A stretch of DNA of 64,000 nucleotides, taken from Oscillospiraceae bacterium (GTDB lineage Bacteria > Bacillota > Clostridia > Oscillospirales > CAG-272). Below the pieces are notes generated by a model. The model was not told where the DNA came from and made no database searches. It saw only the letters and a list, made by a program, of their open reading frames with translations. The number at the start of each line of letters is the position of its first letter. The first letter of the stretch is position 1. This document shows positions 18,139 to 28,424 of the stretch, piece after piece. The stretch lies in assembly GCA_015063895.1 (NCBI GenBank), contig SVTG01000003.1, positions 33,253 to 97,252 on the forward strand. Reading direction: 5' to 3'. The position numbers were made by a program, and so were the translations under genes.

Positions 18139-19214
18139 CAGATCTCAATCAATTCCTTTGTACTCTTGGTAAAATTATGCACACGTCCGTCGGGCAGGAC
18201 GGCGATCATATCCTCAATACGGCACCCATAGCGTCCCTTGAGGTAAATGCCCGGTTCCACCGTCACGACGTGCCCCTTTTCAAGCAGCGCCTCGGGTGAT
18301 ACCCTTTGAGAAAGGCGCGGTGCCTCATGCACCTCAACACCGACACCGTGACCGAGCGCATGCCCGAAGCACCCCACGTAGCCGGCGCCGTCGATCACGG
18401 CTCGCGCAGCAAGGTCAAGCGCCCGGCAGGACACGCCGCACGCCGCCATATCAAGCGCCGTTTGTTGTGCACAAAGCACCGTATTGTACAAACGCTTCAT
18501 CTCGGCATCGGCACGGCCGATCACCACCGTGCGCGTCATGTCGGCACAATATCCCCCGAAACGGGCACCGAAATCCATTGTTAAAAAGCCTTTTTCCAAG
18601 GTTTTGTCGCGCGGCACACCGTGCGGCAGTGCCGAGGCCGTGCCCGAAACGGCAATGGTATCGAAGGCGATACCCTGCGCCCCCTCGCGGCGCATAAAAT
18701 ATTCAAGCTCAAGCGCCACGTCGATCTCGCGCATCGTAGGCGTCAGAAGCTTTAAAATATGTGAAAAGGCAGCATCGGTCAATGCCTGTGCGCGCGTCAT
18801 CGCGGCAAGCTCTCCCTCGTCCTTATAAGCACGCAGACGTGCAAGGATCGCGCCGACACCGCCCACGGTCTGCACGCCCGTGGGAGCAAGCTTGTCGGTC
18901 AAGCGCTCAAGTGACGCCACGGTCAGGTCACTTTCCTCAAATAGCAAAGTCGTCGCACCGTGTGCGCTCAAAAGCTCGGCCACAGCACCGAACATGGTTC
19001 CCCCCGGGCAAAGGATCTCAAATGCCCGATCGGCCTCGTGCTCGGCGGCCTCGGCATACCGAAAATCGGTCAGGAGGAACGCCCGGTCGGGAAAGACCAG
19101 CAAATACCCGTCGTGATAGGTAAAAAGCGAAAGATAAAACCGATTTACAACAGACGAGATCAGCGCCGCCTGACCTGCCCGCAGCTCCTTTTGAAATTTT
19201 TCAATATGCGTCAT
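18138..19214 (-). CDS. pepP: M24 family Xaa-Pro aminopeptidase
   Basis: Creatinase-like N-domain plus an M24 pita-bread domain (HGVGHALGHGVGVEVHE). Start is the ATG at 19214 (MTHIEKF). Confidence 0.85.
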   Translation of the reverse strand: MTHIEKFQKELRAGQAALISSVVNRFYLSLFTYHDGYLLVFPDRAFLLTDFRYAEAAEHEADRAFEILCPGGTMFGAVAELLSAHGATTLLFEESDLTVASLERLTDKLAPTGVQTVGGVGAILARLRAYKDEGELAAMTRAQALTDAAFSHILKLLTPTMREIDVALELEYFMRREGAQGIAFDTIAVSGTASALPHGVPRDKTLEKGFLTMDFGARFGGYCADMTRTVVIGRADAEMKRLYNTVLCAQQTALDMAACGVSCRALDLAARAVIDGAGYVGCFGHALGHGVGVEVHEAPRLSQRVSPEALLEKGHVVTVEPGIYLKGRYGCRIEDMIAVLPDGRVHNFTKSTKELIEI

Positions 19215-19221
19215 AACGATA

Positions 19222-20391
19222 TCACCTCTCAAAATCAAGCCAATCCGATAAAATGGCGTTGGATACGTACATGCCGCGCTCGGTAAAGGCAATGCGCCCA
19301 CCCACGCGGGAAAGAAGCCCGCCCTTCAGTAATTTGTCAAGCGGCCCGTAGGTCTTTTCAAATTCCACGCCGAAGCGCGCCAAAAAATCAGCCTCGTCTA
19401 TGCCCTCAAGCAAGCGCATACGCAGCATCACGTACTCCTCCCGTGCTTCGTGGGCACTGATCTCGTGCCGCTCACAGACAAGCGGAGGATTTCCCTGCTC
19501 CAGTGCGGAAATATAAGCCCCCGTATCGGGGGATATTGCCGTGCGCACCCCCTCAAAATAGGAATGGGCTGCAGGCCCGAAGCCAAGATACGGTGCACCC
19601 AGCCAGTAGCGCATATTGTGGCGCGAGCGATAGCCCTGCCTTGCATAATTACTGACCTCGTAGTGCAAATACCCTGCGCGTGCCAGTACCGCGGCGATCT
19701 GCTCCTGCATATCGGCTACGGTATCGTCATCGGCGATCGGCAGCGACCCGCGCTGTGCAAAAAAGCGCGTGCCCTCCTCCACGCGAAGGCCGTAGGCCGA
19801 AATGTGTTCGGGCGCCAAGCAAAGGACCGCATCAAGCGTTTGCTGCAAGGTCTCTCTTGTCTGATACGGAATACCGAACATAAGATCCACGTTGATATTT
19901 TTAATGCCCGCCGCGCGTGCGGCACGGTAGGTCCCCACAAACGCGTCAAAATCGTGCGGGCGCCCCAGTGCCCTTAATTCCCGATCGTTTGCGCTCTGCA
20001 GGCCAATACTCAGGCGGTTGACACCCGCCGTCACCAAACGCTCAAACAATCCATCGGTGAGGGTGGTGGGATTGCACTCGACCGTGATCTCGGCGCCCGA
20101 CGCCAACGTATAATGCCCACGAACGGTATCAAGGAGCAACGCAAGGCTCTCCCCCGAAAGCAGGGTCGGCGTACCGCCCCCGATATATACGGTATCAACC
20201 GTATAGCCGTGTGCCTTTGGGGCCGTTGCGATCAGGTCGCGCACAAGTGCCGCCACGTAACGCGCCTGCATTCGGGGGTCCGTGGGGGCGGAATAAAAGT
20301 CACAGTAATGACACTTGCGCACGCAAAACGGAATATGCAGATACAGCCCCAACGTGGGGCTGTCTGCTTTTTTGTAATCAGTTGTCATCAT
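19222..20391 (-). CDS. hemW: radical SAM heme chaperone HemW (oxygen-independent coproporphyrinogen oxidase-like)
   Basis: [17 protein letters not shown] CxxxCxxC motif. It lies directly downstream of lepA, the usual Firmicute arrangement, and its start overlaps the lepA 3' end. Confidence 0.85.
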   Translation of the reverse strand: MMTTDYKKADSPTLGLYLHIPFCVRKCHYCDFYSAPTDPRMQARYVAALVRDLIATAPKAHGYTVDTVYIGGGTPTLLSGESLALLLDTVRGHYTLASGAEITVECNPTTLTDGLFERLVTAGVNRLSIGLQSANDRELRALGRPHDFDAFVGTYRAARAAGIKNINVDLMFGIPYQTRETLQQTLDAVLCLAPEHISAYGLRVEEGTRFFAQRGSLPIADDDTVADMQEQIAAVLARAGYLHYEVSNYARQGYRSRHNMRYWLGAPYLGFGPAAHSYFEGVRTAISPDTGAYISALEQGNPPLVCERHEISAHEAREEYVMLRMRLLEGIDEADFLARFGVEFEKTYGPLDKLLKGGLLSRVGGRIAFTERGMYVSNAILSDWLDFER

Positions 20392-22195
20392 CAAGCTTAA
20401 GCACTGCCATAAAGGCCTCGGGAGAAACCTGCACCGAGCCGAGCTGGCGCATCTTCTTCTTGCCCTCCTTTTGCTTTTCAAGGAGCTTTTTCTTACGCGT
20501 GATATCACCGCCGTAGCACTTGGCAAGCACGTCCTTGCGCATAGCCTTTACCGTCTCGCGGGCAATGATCTTCGCGCCGATGGCTGCCTGGATCGGCACC
20601 TCAAAAAGCTGGCGCGGGATATTGTCCTTCAGCTTTTCGGCAATGCGACGCGCACGTCCGTATGCTTTTTCCTCATGCACGATGAAGGAGAGTGCATCGA
20701 CCTGCTCACCGTTTAGTAAAAAGTCAAGCTTGACGAGCTTGCTCTCAACGTATCCCTCCAGCTCATAGTCAAGCGAGGCGTAGCCGCGAGAACGGCTCTT
20801 CAATGCATCAAAAAAGTCGTAAATGATCTCGTTGAGGGGCAGACGGTAGTGCAATTCCACACGCGTGCTATCCAGATATTTCATATCCACAAACTCACCG
20901 CGTCTATCCTGGCACAGATCCATCAGACCGCCCACGTAATCGGTAGGGGTAATGATCGAGGCGCGCACAATGGGCTCGTATGCCTTATCGATCTCCGCGG
21001 GGTCGGGGTAATTGGTGGGATTATCGATGCGTAAGGTCTCGCCATCGCGCTTGGTGATCTCGTAAATAACGCTGGGGGCCGTGGTGATCAGATCAAGATT
21101 AAATTCACGCTCAAGACGCTCCTCAATGATCTCCATATGCAAAAGGCCAAGGAAGCCACAGCGATAGCCAAAGCCGAGTGCCACCGAGGTCTCGGGCTCA
21201 AAGGAAAGCGCGGCATCGTTCAGGCGCAGCTTTTCTAAGGCATCGCGCAGATCGCCGTAGCGCGAGCCGTCTGCGGGATAAATGCCTGCATATACCATCG
21301 GCTGCACCGACTTAAAGCCTGGCAGCGGTGTATCGGCGGGCGTATCGGCCAGCGTCACCGTATCACCCACACGCGTGTCGCCCACGCTCTTGATGGAGGC
21401 GGTGAGATACCCTACCTCGCCGGCAGAAAGCTCCTCGCATTTAGACAGCCCGAAGGCATCCATCACACCGACGTCCACCACCTGAAAGCTTTGGCCCGTC
21501 GACATCATGCGAATGGCATCGCCGCTTTTCAGCTTGCCGTCCACCACACGCACCAGGACCACCACGCCAAGATAGCTATCGTAATAGCTATCAAAGATCA
21601 ACGCCTTCAGGGGCGCATTTTCGTCGCCCGCGGGGGCGGGAATATCGCTGATGATCCGCTCCAGCACGTCGGGAATATTGATGCCCATTTTCGCGGATAC
21701 CGCAGGGCAATCCATCGCAGGGATCCCAATGACGTCCTCGATCTCACGGCGTGCGCCGTCAATGTCGGCCGAGGGGAGGTCGATCTTATTGACAACGGGC
21801 AGGATCTCAAGATTGGCATCTACGGCAAGATAGGCGTTTGCCAGGGTCTGCGCCTCAATGCCCTGCGTGGCATCTACCACCAGGATCGCGCCCTCGCAGG
21901 CGTTCAGGGAACGCGAGACCTCATAGTTAAAGTCCACGTGTCCGGGCGTGTCGATCAGATTGAGTGCATACGTCTCGCCGTTCTCTGCGGTATAGGACAA
22001 CCGCACAGCGCGTGCCTTGATGGTGATACCGCGCTCACGCTCAAGGTCCATATTATCCAGCAGCTGCTCCTCCATTTCACGGGAGGTGACGGTCTGCGTA
22101 GCCTCAAGCAAACGGTCGGCAAGCGTGGATTTGCCGTGGTCGATATGTGCGATAATAGAAAAATTGCGAATGTGAGATTGTGGAATCTTAGCCAT
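20378..22195 (-). CDS. lepA: elongation factor 4
   Basis: [23 protein letters not shown] and an LepA-specific C-terminal region. Start is the ATG at 22195 (MAKIPQS). Confidence 0.95.
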   Translation of the reverse strand: MAKIPQSHIRNFSIIAHIDHGKSTLADRLLEATQTVTSREMEEQLLDNMDLERERGITIKARAVRLSYTAENGETYALNLIDTPGHVDFNYEVSRSLNACEGAILVVDATQGIEAQTLANAYLAVDANLEILPVVNKIDLPSADIDGARREIEDVIGIPAMDCPAVSAKMGINIPDVLERIISDIPAPAGDENAPLKALIFDSYYDSYLGVVVLVRVVDGKLKSGDAIRMMSTGQSFQVVDVGVMDAFGLSKCEELSAGEVGYLTASIKSVGDTRVGDTVTLADTPADTPLPGFKSVQPMVYAGIYPADGSRYGDLRDALEKLRLNDAALSFEPETSVALGFGYRCGFLGLLHMEIIEERLEREFNLDLITTAPSVIYEITKRDGETLRIDNPTNYPDPAEIDKAYEPIVRASIITPTDYVGGLMDLCQDRRGEFVDMKYLDSTRVELHYRLPLNEIIYDFFDALKSRSRGYASLDYELEGYVESKLVKLDFLLNGEQVDALSFIVHEEKAYGRARRIAEKLKDNIPRQLFEVPIQAAIGAKIIARETVKAMRKDVLAKCYGGDITRKKKLLEKQKEGKKKMRQLGSVQVSPEAFMAVLKLDDDN

Positions 22196-22388
22196 AACTA
22201 CCTCGTTTTTCAGGTCGCGCAAGCGTGAGTCGCCTAGCTCCGTGCGCCAAAATATAATTAACATAATTATACCATACAGTAGGGGTCTGCTACAATGGTT
22301 TTTAAAATTTTTTCGCTTTTTTCGCACAAAATAAAGTGCCGTTGGCTGAAATTATACAAAAAATGTCCTTTATCTTTCATAAAATGTC

Positions 22389-22417
22389 TTGCAAATGACC
22401 CTGTTTTGCCTTATAAT
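22389..22417 (+). promoter_or_regulatory. SigA-type promoter, TTGCAA-17-TATAAT
   Basis: TTGCAA at 22389-22394, a 17-nt spacer, then TATAAT at 22412-22417. Confidence 0.5.
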
Positions 22418-22464
22418 GATAATTGTAAATCAAAAGACAATATCCGCTAAAGGAGTTTAATATT

Positions 22465-23541
22465 ATGAAAAAAAGATGCGTCATCGTCGGTTACGGCGGC
22501 ATGGGCGGCTGGCACGCCCGTCATATCAGAGAAGCAGGCGCCATTGACCTTGCAGGCGTATACGATATCAAAGAGGAGCGTCTGGCGCTCGCACGTGAGC
22601 AAGGCATTCATACCTACCCCTCGTTTGAGGCGGTGCTTGCCGACAAAACCGTTGATTTTATCACCATCGCCACCCCCAACGAGTGGCACAAGCCCTTAGC
22701 CATTGCCGCCCTGCAGGCAGGCAAGCACGTCATTTCTGAAAAGCCCGTCACGCTCTCCACCGAGGAATTAAACGACATTGTGGCCGTAGCGAACAAGTGC
22801 GGCAAGCTCTTCACCGCCCACCAGAACCGCCGTTGGGACTGCGATTACCTGATGGTGCGCGAGGCCTACAAGAGCGGCAAGCTCGGATACGTGACCAACA
22901 TTGAATCCCGCTATCAGGGCTCGCGCGGCATTCCCGGTGACTGGCGCGGCAAAAAGGAGCATGGCGGCGGCATGATCTTTGACTGGGGCATTCACCTCAT
23001 TGACCAGATGCTCGGCATTGTGGAGGACCGCAAAATTGAAAAGGTCTACTGCCGTTGCGATCATATCACCAACGATGAGGTGGACGACGGCTTCAAGCTT
23101 GACCTTTACTGGACGGGCGACCTTATCACCCGTATTGAGGTCGGTACCACCAACTTCATCTCCCTGCCCCGCTTCTACATTGCGGGTGTTGACGGCACGG
23201 GCATCGTAAACGACTGGAAGGATACCTGCCGCCTTGTTATGTGCCGCTCCTGGGAGGACAAGGACGTAGCACCCGTTATCACCTCCGCGGGCTTTACCAA
23301 AACCATGGCGCCCCGTGACGGCAAGACCACGTACGAGGAGATCATTCCCCGTCCCACCGTTGACGTGCACGACTTTTACCGCAACTTTGCCGCCGCGATC
23401 GACGGCAAGGAGACCCTGATCGTTACACACAACCAGCTGCGCCGCTCCATGAAGATCATGGAGGCCGCCTTTGCCTCCGATGCACTCGGCGCACCCGTTG
23501 CGTTTGAGGATATTGAGACCGAGCCGCGCACCGTACGCTGA
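22465..23541 (+). CDS. Gfo/Idh/MocA family oxidoreductase
   Basis: N-terminal Rossmann segment VIVGYGGMGGWH and an EKP motif (ISEKPV). Confidence 0.85.
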   Translation: MKKRCVIVGYGGMGGWHARHIREAGAIDLAGVYDIKEERLALAREQGIHTYPSFEAVLADKTVDFITIATPNEWHKPLAIAALQAGKHVISEKPVTLSTEELNDIVAVANKCGKLFTAHQNRRWDCDYLMVREAYKSGKLGYVTNIESRYQGSRGIPGDWRGKKEHGGGMIFDWGIHLIDQMLGIVEDRKIEKVYCRCDHITNDEVDDGFKLDLYWTGDLITRIEVGTTNFISLPRFYIAGVDGTGIVNDWKDTCRLVMCRSWEDKDVAPVITSAGFTKTMAPRDGKTTYEEIIPRPTVDVHDFYRNFAAAIDGKETLIVTHNQLRRSMKIMEAAFASDALGAPVAFEDIETEPRTVR

Positions 23542-23557
23542 ATATGCAACGAACAAT

Positions 23558-23589
23558 AAAAAAGAACCGCCCGAGGGCGGTTCTTTTTT
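23558..23589. terminator. bidirectional terminator
   Basis: AAAAAAGAACCGCCC-GA-GGGCGGTTCTTTTTT, serving the + strand oxidoreductase gene and the - strand micro-ORF. Confidence 0.8.
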
Positions 23590-23614
23590 ATTGCATGTTC
23601 AGTGTAAAACGGGC

Positions 23615-23704
23615 TCAGTGGCAGCAGCAGCAAAGAATGAGAAGCGCGATAATAATGATCCAGCAACAATTATCACCAAAAAGATTACCAAAGCAGTTAT
23701 TCAT
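23615..23704 (-). CDS. 29-aa Cys-rich single-TM micropeptide (MNNCFGNLFGDNCCWIIIIALLILCCCCH)
   Basis: Absent from the ORF track because it is under 60 aa. ATG at 23704, GGAGGA RBS (23711-23716) 6 nt upstream, TGA at 23615-23617, then a strong terminator. It has a hydrophobic core flanked by Cys clusters. Confidence 0.5.
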   Translation of the reverse strand: MNNCFGNLFGDNCCWIIIIALLILCCCCH

Positions 23705-23812
23705 AACAGATCCTCCTTAAAGCCTTCGGGAAAGCGTAGCCGCGTGGCTACCCTCCTCGTTATCATAGTATGAGGAAGGGCCCGAGAGGTGCGCGAAATC
23801 TGTCAAAATACT

Positions 23813-24238
23813 TTATTTCTTCGCGACAAGCCGCGCCATTGTCGCCTCAATGGCGGCAAGAGCACCCTGCGTGTCACGCAAGGGAAGATGCCACACGGCG
23901 CTCTCCATAGGGCAAAAGCCGTCGCCCGTGCGATTTTTGATCAAAGGCACCAACGTATCTGCTTCAAAGAGGATCCCGTGCTCAGTAAGGATCGCGGCAG
24001 CGCGCTCGCTCATCACAGCTGCGTACAGCTGCTGGGCGCCAAGCAAGGCGTAAAGATAGGCGGCAGCAGCCCCCACAACCTTATCCGCTGCCAAGGCGCC
24101 GTGAAAATCCTCCCCGGAGCGATAAAAGGACAGCAAGGGCGCCACGCCACGCTCACGCGCGGTATAGCGCTGCTCGCCCTGCTGTATCACACAGGTAAAA
24201 TCGCCGTTTTTCAATACCGTTTTCAGGGTATTTAACAT
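23813..24238 (-). CDS. DUF1893 (TM1506-like) domain protein
   Basis: The pattern ERGVAPLL ... ADKVVGAAAA ... IKNRTGDGFCPME matches my recollection of the DUF1893 family. The start lies 2 nt after the upstream AKR stop. Confidence 0.65.
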   Translation of the reverse strand: MLNTLKTVLKNGDFTCVIQQGEQRYTARERGVAPLLSFYRSGEDFHGALAADKVVGAAAAYLYALLGAQQLYAAVMSERAAAILTEHGILFEADTLVPLIKNRTGDGFCPMESAVWHLPLRDTQGALAAIEATMARLVAKK

Positions 24239-24240
24239 AC

Positions 24241-25359
24241 TTACTCCTTTTCAAACAACGACGTTGCCTCGCGCATCAGCTCACGGATCGGCAAATGCTG
24301 CGGGCAGCTTTTTTCACACTTGCCGCAAGCGATGCACGCCGAGGCGCGGGGTGCGTTACCCGTAAATATTTTATAATAATGCTTGGCCGACCAGGAATGC
24401 GACGTGCGCATGGAATTGATCGTGCTGATGATCTCGGGGATACCGATGCCCACGGGGCAGACCTCGGTGCAATACTTGCAGGCCGTGCAGGGCACGGTAT
24501 TTTCGCCGCGCAGCAGCACCGCCACGCGTGATACCGCCGCCTGCTCGCGTGCGTCAAGTGGCTTGAAATTTTTCATATAGCTCACGTTATCCGCCACCAT
24601 AGCGACGTTTTCCATACCCGACAGCACCGATAAAACACCCTCGAAGCCTGCGGCATAGCGGATCGCATACGACGCGTATGAGCCGCCCTGCAGCAGATCA
24701 AGCTCAGCCTTAGCGGCATCTGAAAGATTTTTGGCAAGACGCCCGCCCTTAACGGGCTCCATCACCAAAACAGGCTTGCCAAAGGCACGGCAAACCTCAT
24801 AGCAGCGCCGACTTTGTACGGCATTATCCTCATAATCGAGGTAATTGAATTGCAGCTGCACCACCTCAATTTGCGGGTAATCACTCAAAATCTGCTCAAG
24901 CACGTCGGCGGTGTCGTGAAAGGAAATGCCGAAATGCTTGATCTTACCTTCCTTTAAAAACGCAAGCGCGTTTTCGTAAGCGCGACACGCGCGATACTTT
25001 GGATAGTTATTGCGGTTCTGGGCGTGCATGAGATAAAAATCAAAGTAGGAAACGCCACAGCTTTTCAGCTGATCTTCAAAATACGGGCGGATATCGGCCT
25101 CGGTTTTGAAAAAGTTTTCGGATAGCTTATCGGTCAACACAAAGGCCTCGCGCGGATAACGCGACGTAAGGCATGCGCAGATCGCCTTTTCGCTATCGCC
25201 CCCAAGATAGCCTCTGGCCGTATCAAAATAATTAAAGCCGTTTTCGATGAACGTATCCACCATTTTGCAAAATTCGTCGAGGTCGACCTTGCCGCCCTCG
25301 TTTTTCATACGCATACACCCAAAGCCAAGCTTACCCTTGATTCCAAACAAATCCTTCAT
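24241..25359 (-). CDS. aldo/keto reductase with C-terminal 2x[4Fe-4S] ferredoxin domain
   Basis: AKR N-domain (GFGCMR, FDTARGY) plus CTACKYCTEVCP and CIACGKCEKSCP motifs. Confidence 0.8.
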   Translation of the reverse strand: MKDLFGIKGKLGFGCMRMKNEGGKVDLDEFCKMVDTFIENGFNYFDTARGYLGGDSEKAICACLTSRYPREAFVLTDKLSENFFKTEADIRPYFEDQLKSCGVSYFDFYLMHAQNRNNYPKYRACRAYENALAFLKEGKIKHFGISFHDTADVLEQILSDYPQIEVVQLQFNYLDYEDNAVQSRRCYEVCRAFGKPVLVMEPVKGGRLAKNLSDAAKAELDLLQGGSYASYAIRYAAGFEGVLSVLSGMENVAMVADNVSYMKNFKPLDAREQAAVSRVAVLLRGENTVPCTACKYCTEVCPVGIGIPEIISTINSMRTSHSWSAKHYYKIFTGNAPRASACIACGKCEKSCPQHLPIRELMREATSLFEKE

Positions 25360-25410
25360 CGCGCACCTCCATTATATATACTTATTTTAACATATTCCTC
25401 GGCAGAATGC

Positions 25411-25449
25411 AAGAAAAAAGTGCGGCGGCTGTCAAATGACAGCCGCCGC
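25411..25449 (-). terminator. rho-independent terminator of the CNNM/hemolysin gene
   Basis: 13-bp stem GCGGCGGCTGTCA / TGACAGCCGCCGC, with a T-run on the minus strand. Confidence 0.75.
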
Positions 25450-25455
25450 TGCAAG

Positions 25456-26784
25456 TTAAAGCGCCCCTTCGGTATTCTGCGCACACGGCGGCGCAACACA
25501 CACCGTCAGCTCATGCGTCATCAGCGCATCGGCACGCGTGACCGTCAGCGTCAGATTTTCATACGTGGTGGAAAAGCCCTTGGCGGGAATACAGCCACAG
25601 CGCTCCGAGAGCCAGCCGTTCAAGGTCGTTGACTGTGTATCGGCATCGGGCGTCACCTCAAAGAAATCATAAAAGCTTTCAAGCGAGGCACAAGAGAGCA
25701 CGCGGTATGTATGCTCATCAAGCTGCACGATCTCCTCGGTCGCCACGTCCTGCTCATCCCAGATCTCGCCCACCAGCTCCTCGAGAATATCCTCCATCGT
25801 CACAATACCCGATACGTGGCCGTACTCGTTGACTACGATGACCATATGGCGGTGATTTTTTTGCATATCCTTAAACAGCACGTCAAGGTGTGCCGTCTCG
25901 GGTACAAAGACGGGATCAAGGTACACGTCGGCGAGCGAAAATCCCTGCTCACCGCGATGCAAAAGGTATTCGCGCGCATGCAGTATGCCCTCAATACGTT
26001 CCCCGTCAGGTGCATACACGGGAATGCGGGAATAGCCCTCTCGCGCGATCGTGTCAACGATCTCCTGCTCACTCGCATCGGATTGCACCGTCACCATGCC
26101 GCTGCGTGGAGTCATCACGTCAGCCGCTGTCAGGCGGTCGAGCTTGAATACGTTTTTGATATACTCGATATCGTCCTCGTTGAGTGTGCCCTCGTCAGCA
26201 CCCGCATCAAGCATGATCACGATATCCTCTTCAAAAACACCCTCGGCCTTTTCATCGGGATCGATGCCGAAAAGACGAAGCAGCCCGTTGGTGGAAACGG
26301 TTAACAAAAAGATCACCGGCTTTAACACGACCGTCAATCCCCCGATAAAGCCGCACACCACGCGAGCAAGCTTTTCCTTGTGGCGCATCGCCACACGCTT
26401 AGGCACCAGCTCACCCAGCACCAGCGTAAAATAGGAGAGCACCAGCGTGATCAGCACCACGCAAACCGTGTTGATCAGCGAGGCACGCGCAACGGGAATA
26501 TCAAAGCTACGCATCAAAAAGCCAGACAGACGCGCAGCAAAATTATCCGCCGCAAACGCAGAGCCAAGAAAGCCCGCGAGCGTAATACCCACCTGAATAG
26601 CGGACAAAAAACGCGTAGGATCCTCCAGGATCTTCAAGATCTTGCCCGCCTTTTTGTCGCCCTCCTCTGCCTGTGCCCTCACCTTTTTTTCATTCAGTGA
26701 GATGACCGCAATTTCAGTCGCCGCGAAGAAAGCATTCAATAAAATCAGCACCAGCTGCAGCAAAAGCTGCTTTACAATATCCAT
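25456..26784 (-). CDS. hemolysin-family / CNNM (DUF21-CBS-CorC_HlyC) membrane protein
   Basis: N-terminal DUF21 TM region, a CBS pair, and a C-terminal CorC/HlyC-type domain. 442 aa. Confidence 0.85.
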   Translation of the reverse strand: MDIVKQLLLQLVLILLNAFFAATEIAVISLNEKKVRAQAEEGDKKAGKILKILEDPTRFLSAIQVGITLAGFLGSAFAADNFAARLSGFLMRSFDIPVARASLINTVCVVLITLVLSYFTLVLGELVPKRVAMRHKEKLARVVCGFIGGLTVVLKPVIFLLTVSTNGLLRLFGIDPDEKAEGVFEEDIVIMLDAGADEGTLNEDDIEYIKNVFKLDRLTAADVMTPRSGMVTVQSDASEQEIVDTIAREGYSRIPVYAPDGERIEGILHAREYLLHRGEQGFSLADVYLDPVFVPETAHLDVLFKDMQKNHRHMVIVVNEYGHVSGIVTMEDILEELVGEIWDEQDVATEEIVQLDEHTYRVLSCASLESFYDFFEVTPDADTQSTTLNGWLSERCGCIPAKGFSTTYENLTLTVTRADALMTHELTVCVAPPCAQNTEGAL

Positions 26785-26968
26785 ATATCCTCCAAATAAA
26801 CAGTACTATTATCATACCATAAACAGCCAAAAAACACAAGAACGGCCACACGCCAAAAAAGACGAGGTAGCGCGATTTTTCCCGATTTCCCACAATTATC
26901 TCGCTTTTTCGCCATTTTTGATAACATTTTTACACGCTTTTCATAAAAAACGATTATTTTTCATTATA

Positions 26969-26997
26969 TTGACAAATAGTTATAAAACCAATATAAT
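26969..26997 (+). promoter_or_regulatory. consensus SigA promoter, TTGACA-17-TATAAT
   Basis: TTGACA at 26969-26974, a 17-nt spacer, then TATAAT at 26992-26997. Confidence 0.6.
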
Positions 26998-27054
26998 GAA
27001 ATCGTAAAAACAAAGAATCCTACCTATTTATAAAAATAACGAAAGGACGCCGCT

Positions 27055-28338
27055 ATGATACCTGCTATAATTTTATTTGCTCTCGCGTATATTCTGATGC
27101 TGGTATTCGGCAAGATCCGCCCCCTGATCGCCCTGACCTCGGGCATTGTCTTCATCGCCTCCGGCATGCTGCCGCTGAATGAAATCCTGCCCGCCATCGA
27201 TTTCAACGTCCTGCTGATGATCGCAGGCACCATGGGGCTTGTGGCGCTCTTCATCGAAAGTAAAATGCCCGAGCTTCTGGCCGATCTCATCATGGAAAAG
27301 GTCCCCAACGTCATGTGGGCGGCCGTGGCACTTTCCCTGTTTGCAGGCGTGATCTCCGCGTTTGTGGATAACGTAGCTACGGTTCTGATGATCGCCCCCG
27401 TTGCTATGGAGATCTGCAAGAAGCTGAGGACCAACCCCGTGCCCTTTATCATCGGCATCGCGGTCTCCTCCAACCTGCAGGGTGCCGCTACGCTGGTGGG
27501 CGACACCACCGCTATCATGCTGGGCTCAGCACTTGATATGTCGTTTATGGACTTCTTCTGGTATCAGGGGCGCCCGTCTATATTCTTTGCCGTTGAGCTG
27601 GGGGCTGTGCTTGCCGCCTTTATCCTCGCTTTCCTCTTCCGCCACGAAAAGGCGCCGATCCCGAAAACGGGCACGCGCACCAAGGTCACCGATTACGTAC
27701 CCACGATTCTGCTGTGCGGCACCATCCTTTGCCTGATCCTTTGCTCCTTCGCGCCCGACAGCTGGAACCTGCCCGCAGAGATCAACGGTATCCTCTGCTG
27801 CATCATTCTTGCCATTGGCCTTATTTACAATCTTATGAAAAAGAAAAGCCTTACAGCCCTTATCGATCCCCTGAAGGAGATCGACTTCGCAACCTTGGGG
27901 CTCCTGACGGGTCTGTTTTTGATGATCGGCGGCATTTCCGCCGAGGGCGTCATTGACGCGGCGGCAGGACTGCTTGCCAAGGCAGGCGGCGGCAACGTCT
28001 TTTTACTCTACTCGGTGATCGTATGGGCATCGGTATTGATCTCGGCCTTCATTGACAATATCCCGTACGTGGCCACCATGATCCCCGTGATCGGCGGTAT
28101 TGCAGCCACCCTCGGCGTTGACCCGACACCTCTTTATTTCGGACTGCTGTCCGGTGCCACGCTTGGTGGCAATATCACACCCATCGGTGCCTCTGCCAAC
28201 ATCACGGGCATCGGCATTCTGCGCCGCGAGAGGCACACCGTCAAGAACAGCGACTTCTTTAAAATCGGCATTCCCTTCACGCTTGCCGCCATCATACCCG
28301 CCTATATCTATATCTGGCTGATGTACGGCATACATTAA
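27055..28338 (+). CDS. ArsB/NhaD-superfamily (citrate-transporter-like) permease
   Basis: 427 aa and polytopic. The sequence pattern resembles the ArsB/NhaD permease family. Confidence 0.75.
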   Translation: MIPAIILFALAYILMLVFGKIRPLIALTSGIVFIASGMLPLNEILPAIDFNVLLMIAGTMGLVALFIESKMPELLADLIMEKVPNVMWAAVALSLFAGVISAFVDNVATVLMIAPVAMEICKKLRTNPVPFIIGIAVSSNLQGAATLVGDTTAIMLGSALDMSFMDFFWYQGRPSIFFAVELGAVLAAFILAFLFRHEKAPIPKTGTRTKVTDYVPTILLCGTILCLILCSFAPDSWNLPAEINGILCCIILAIGLIYNLMKKKSLTALIDPLKEIDFATLGLLTGLFLMIGGISAEGVIDAAAGLLAKAGGGNVFLLYSVIVWASVLISAFIDNIPYVATMIPVIGGIAATLGVDPTPLYFGLLSGATLGGNITPIGASANITGIGILRRERHTVKNSDFFKIGIPFTLAAIIPAYIYIWLMYGIH

Positions 28339-28357
28339 AACAAAAAACGCCAAATAC

Positions 28358-28395
28358 CTTGCCCACAGTGCGTGATAACGCGCACTGTGGGCAAG
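28358..28395 (+). other. 15-bp perfect hairpin without a U-tract between the permease gene and cls
   Basis: CTTGCCCACAGTGCG (28358-28372) pairs with CGCACTGTGGGCAAG (28381-28395). Confidence 0.6.
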
Positions 28396-28424
28396 ACTAC
28401 TTTAAAAGAACAGGGGGGAAAGCT

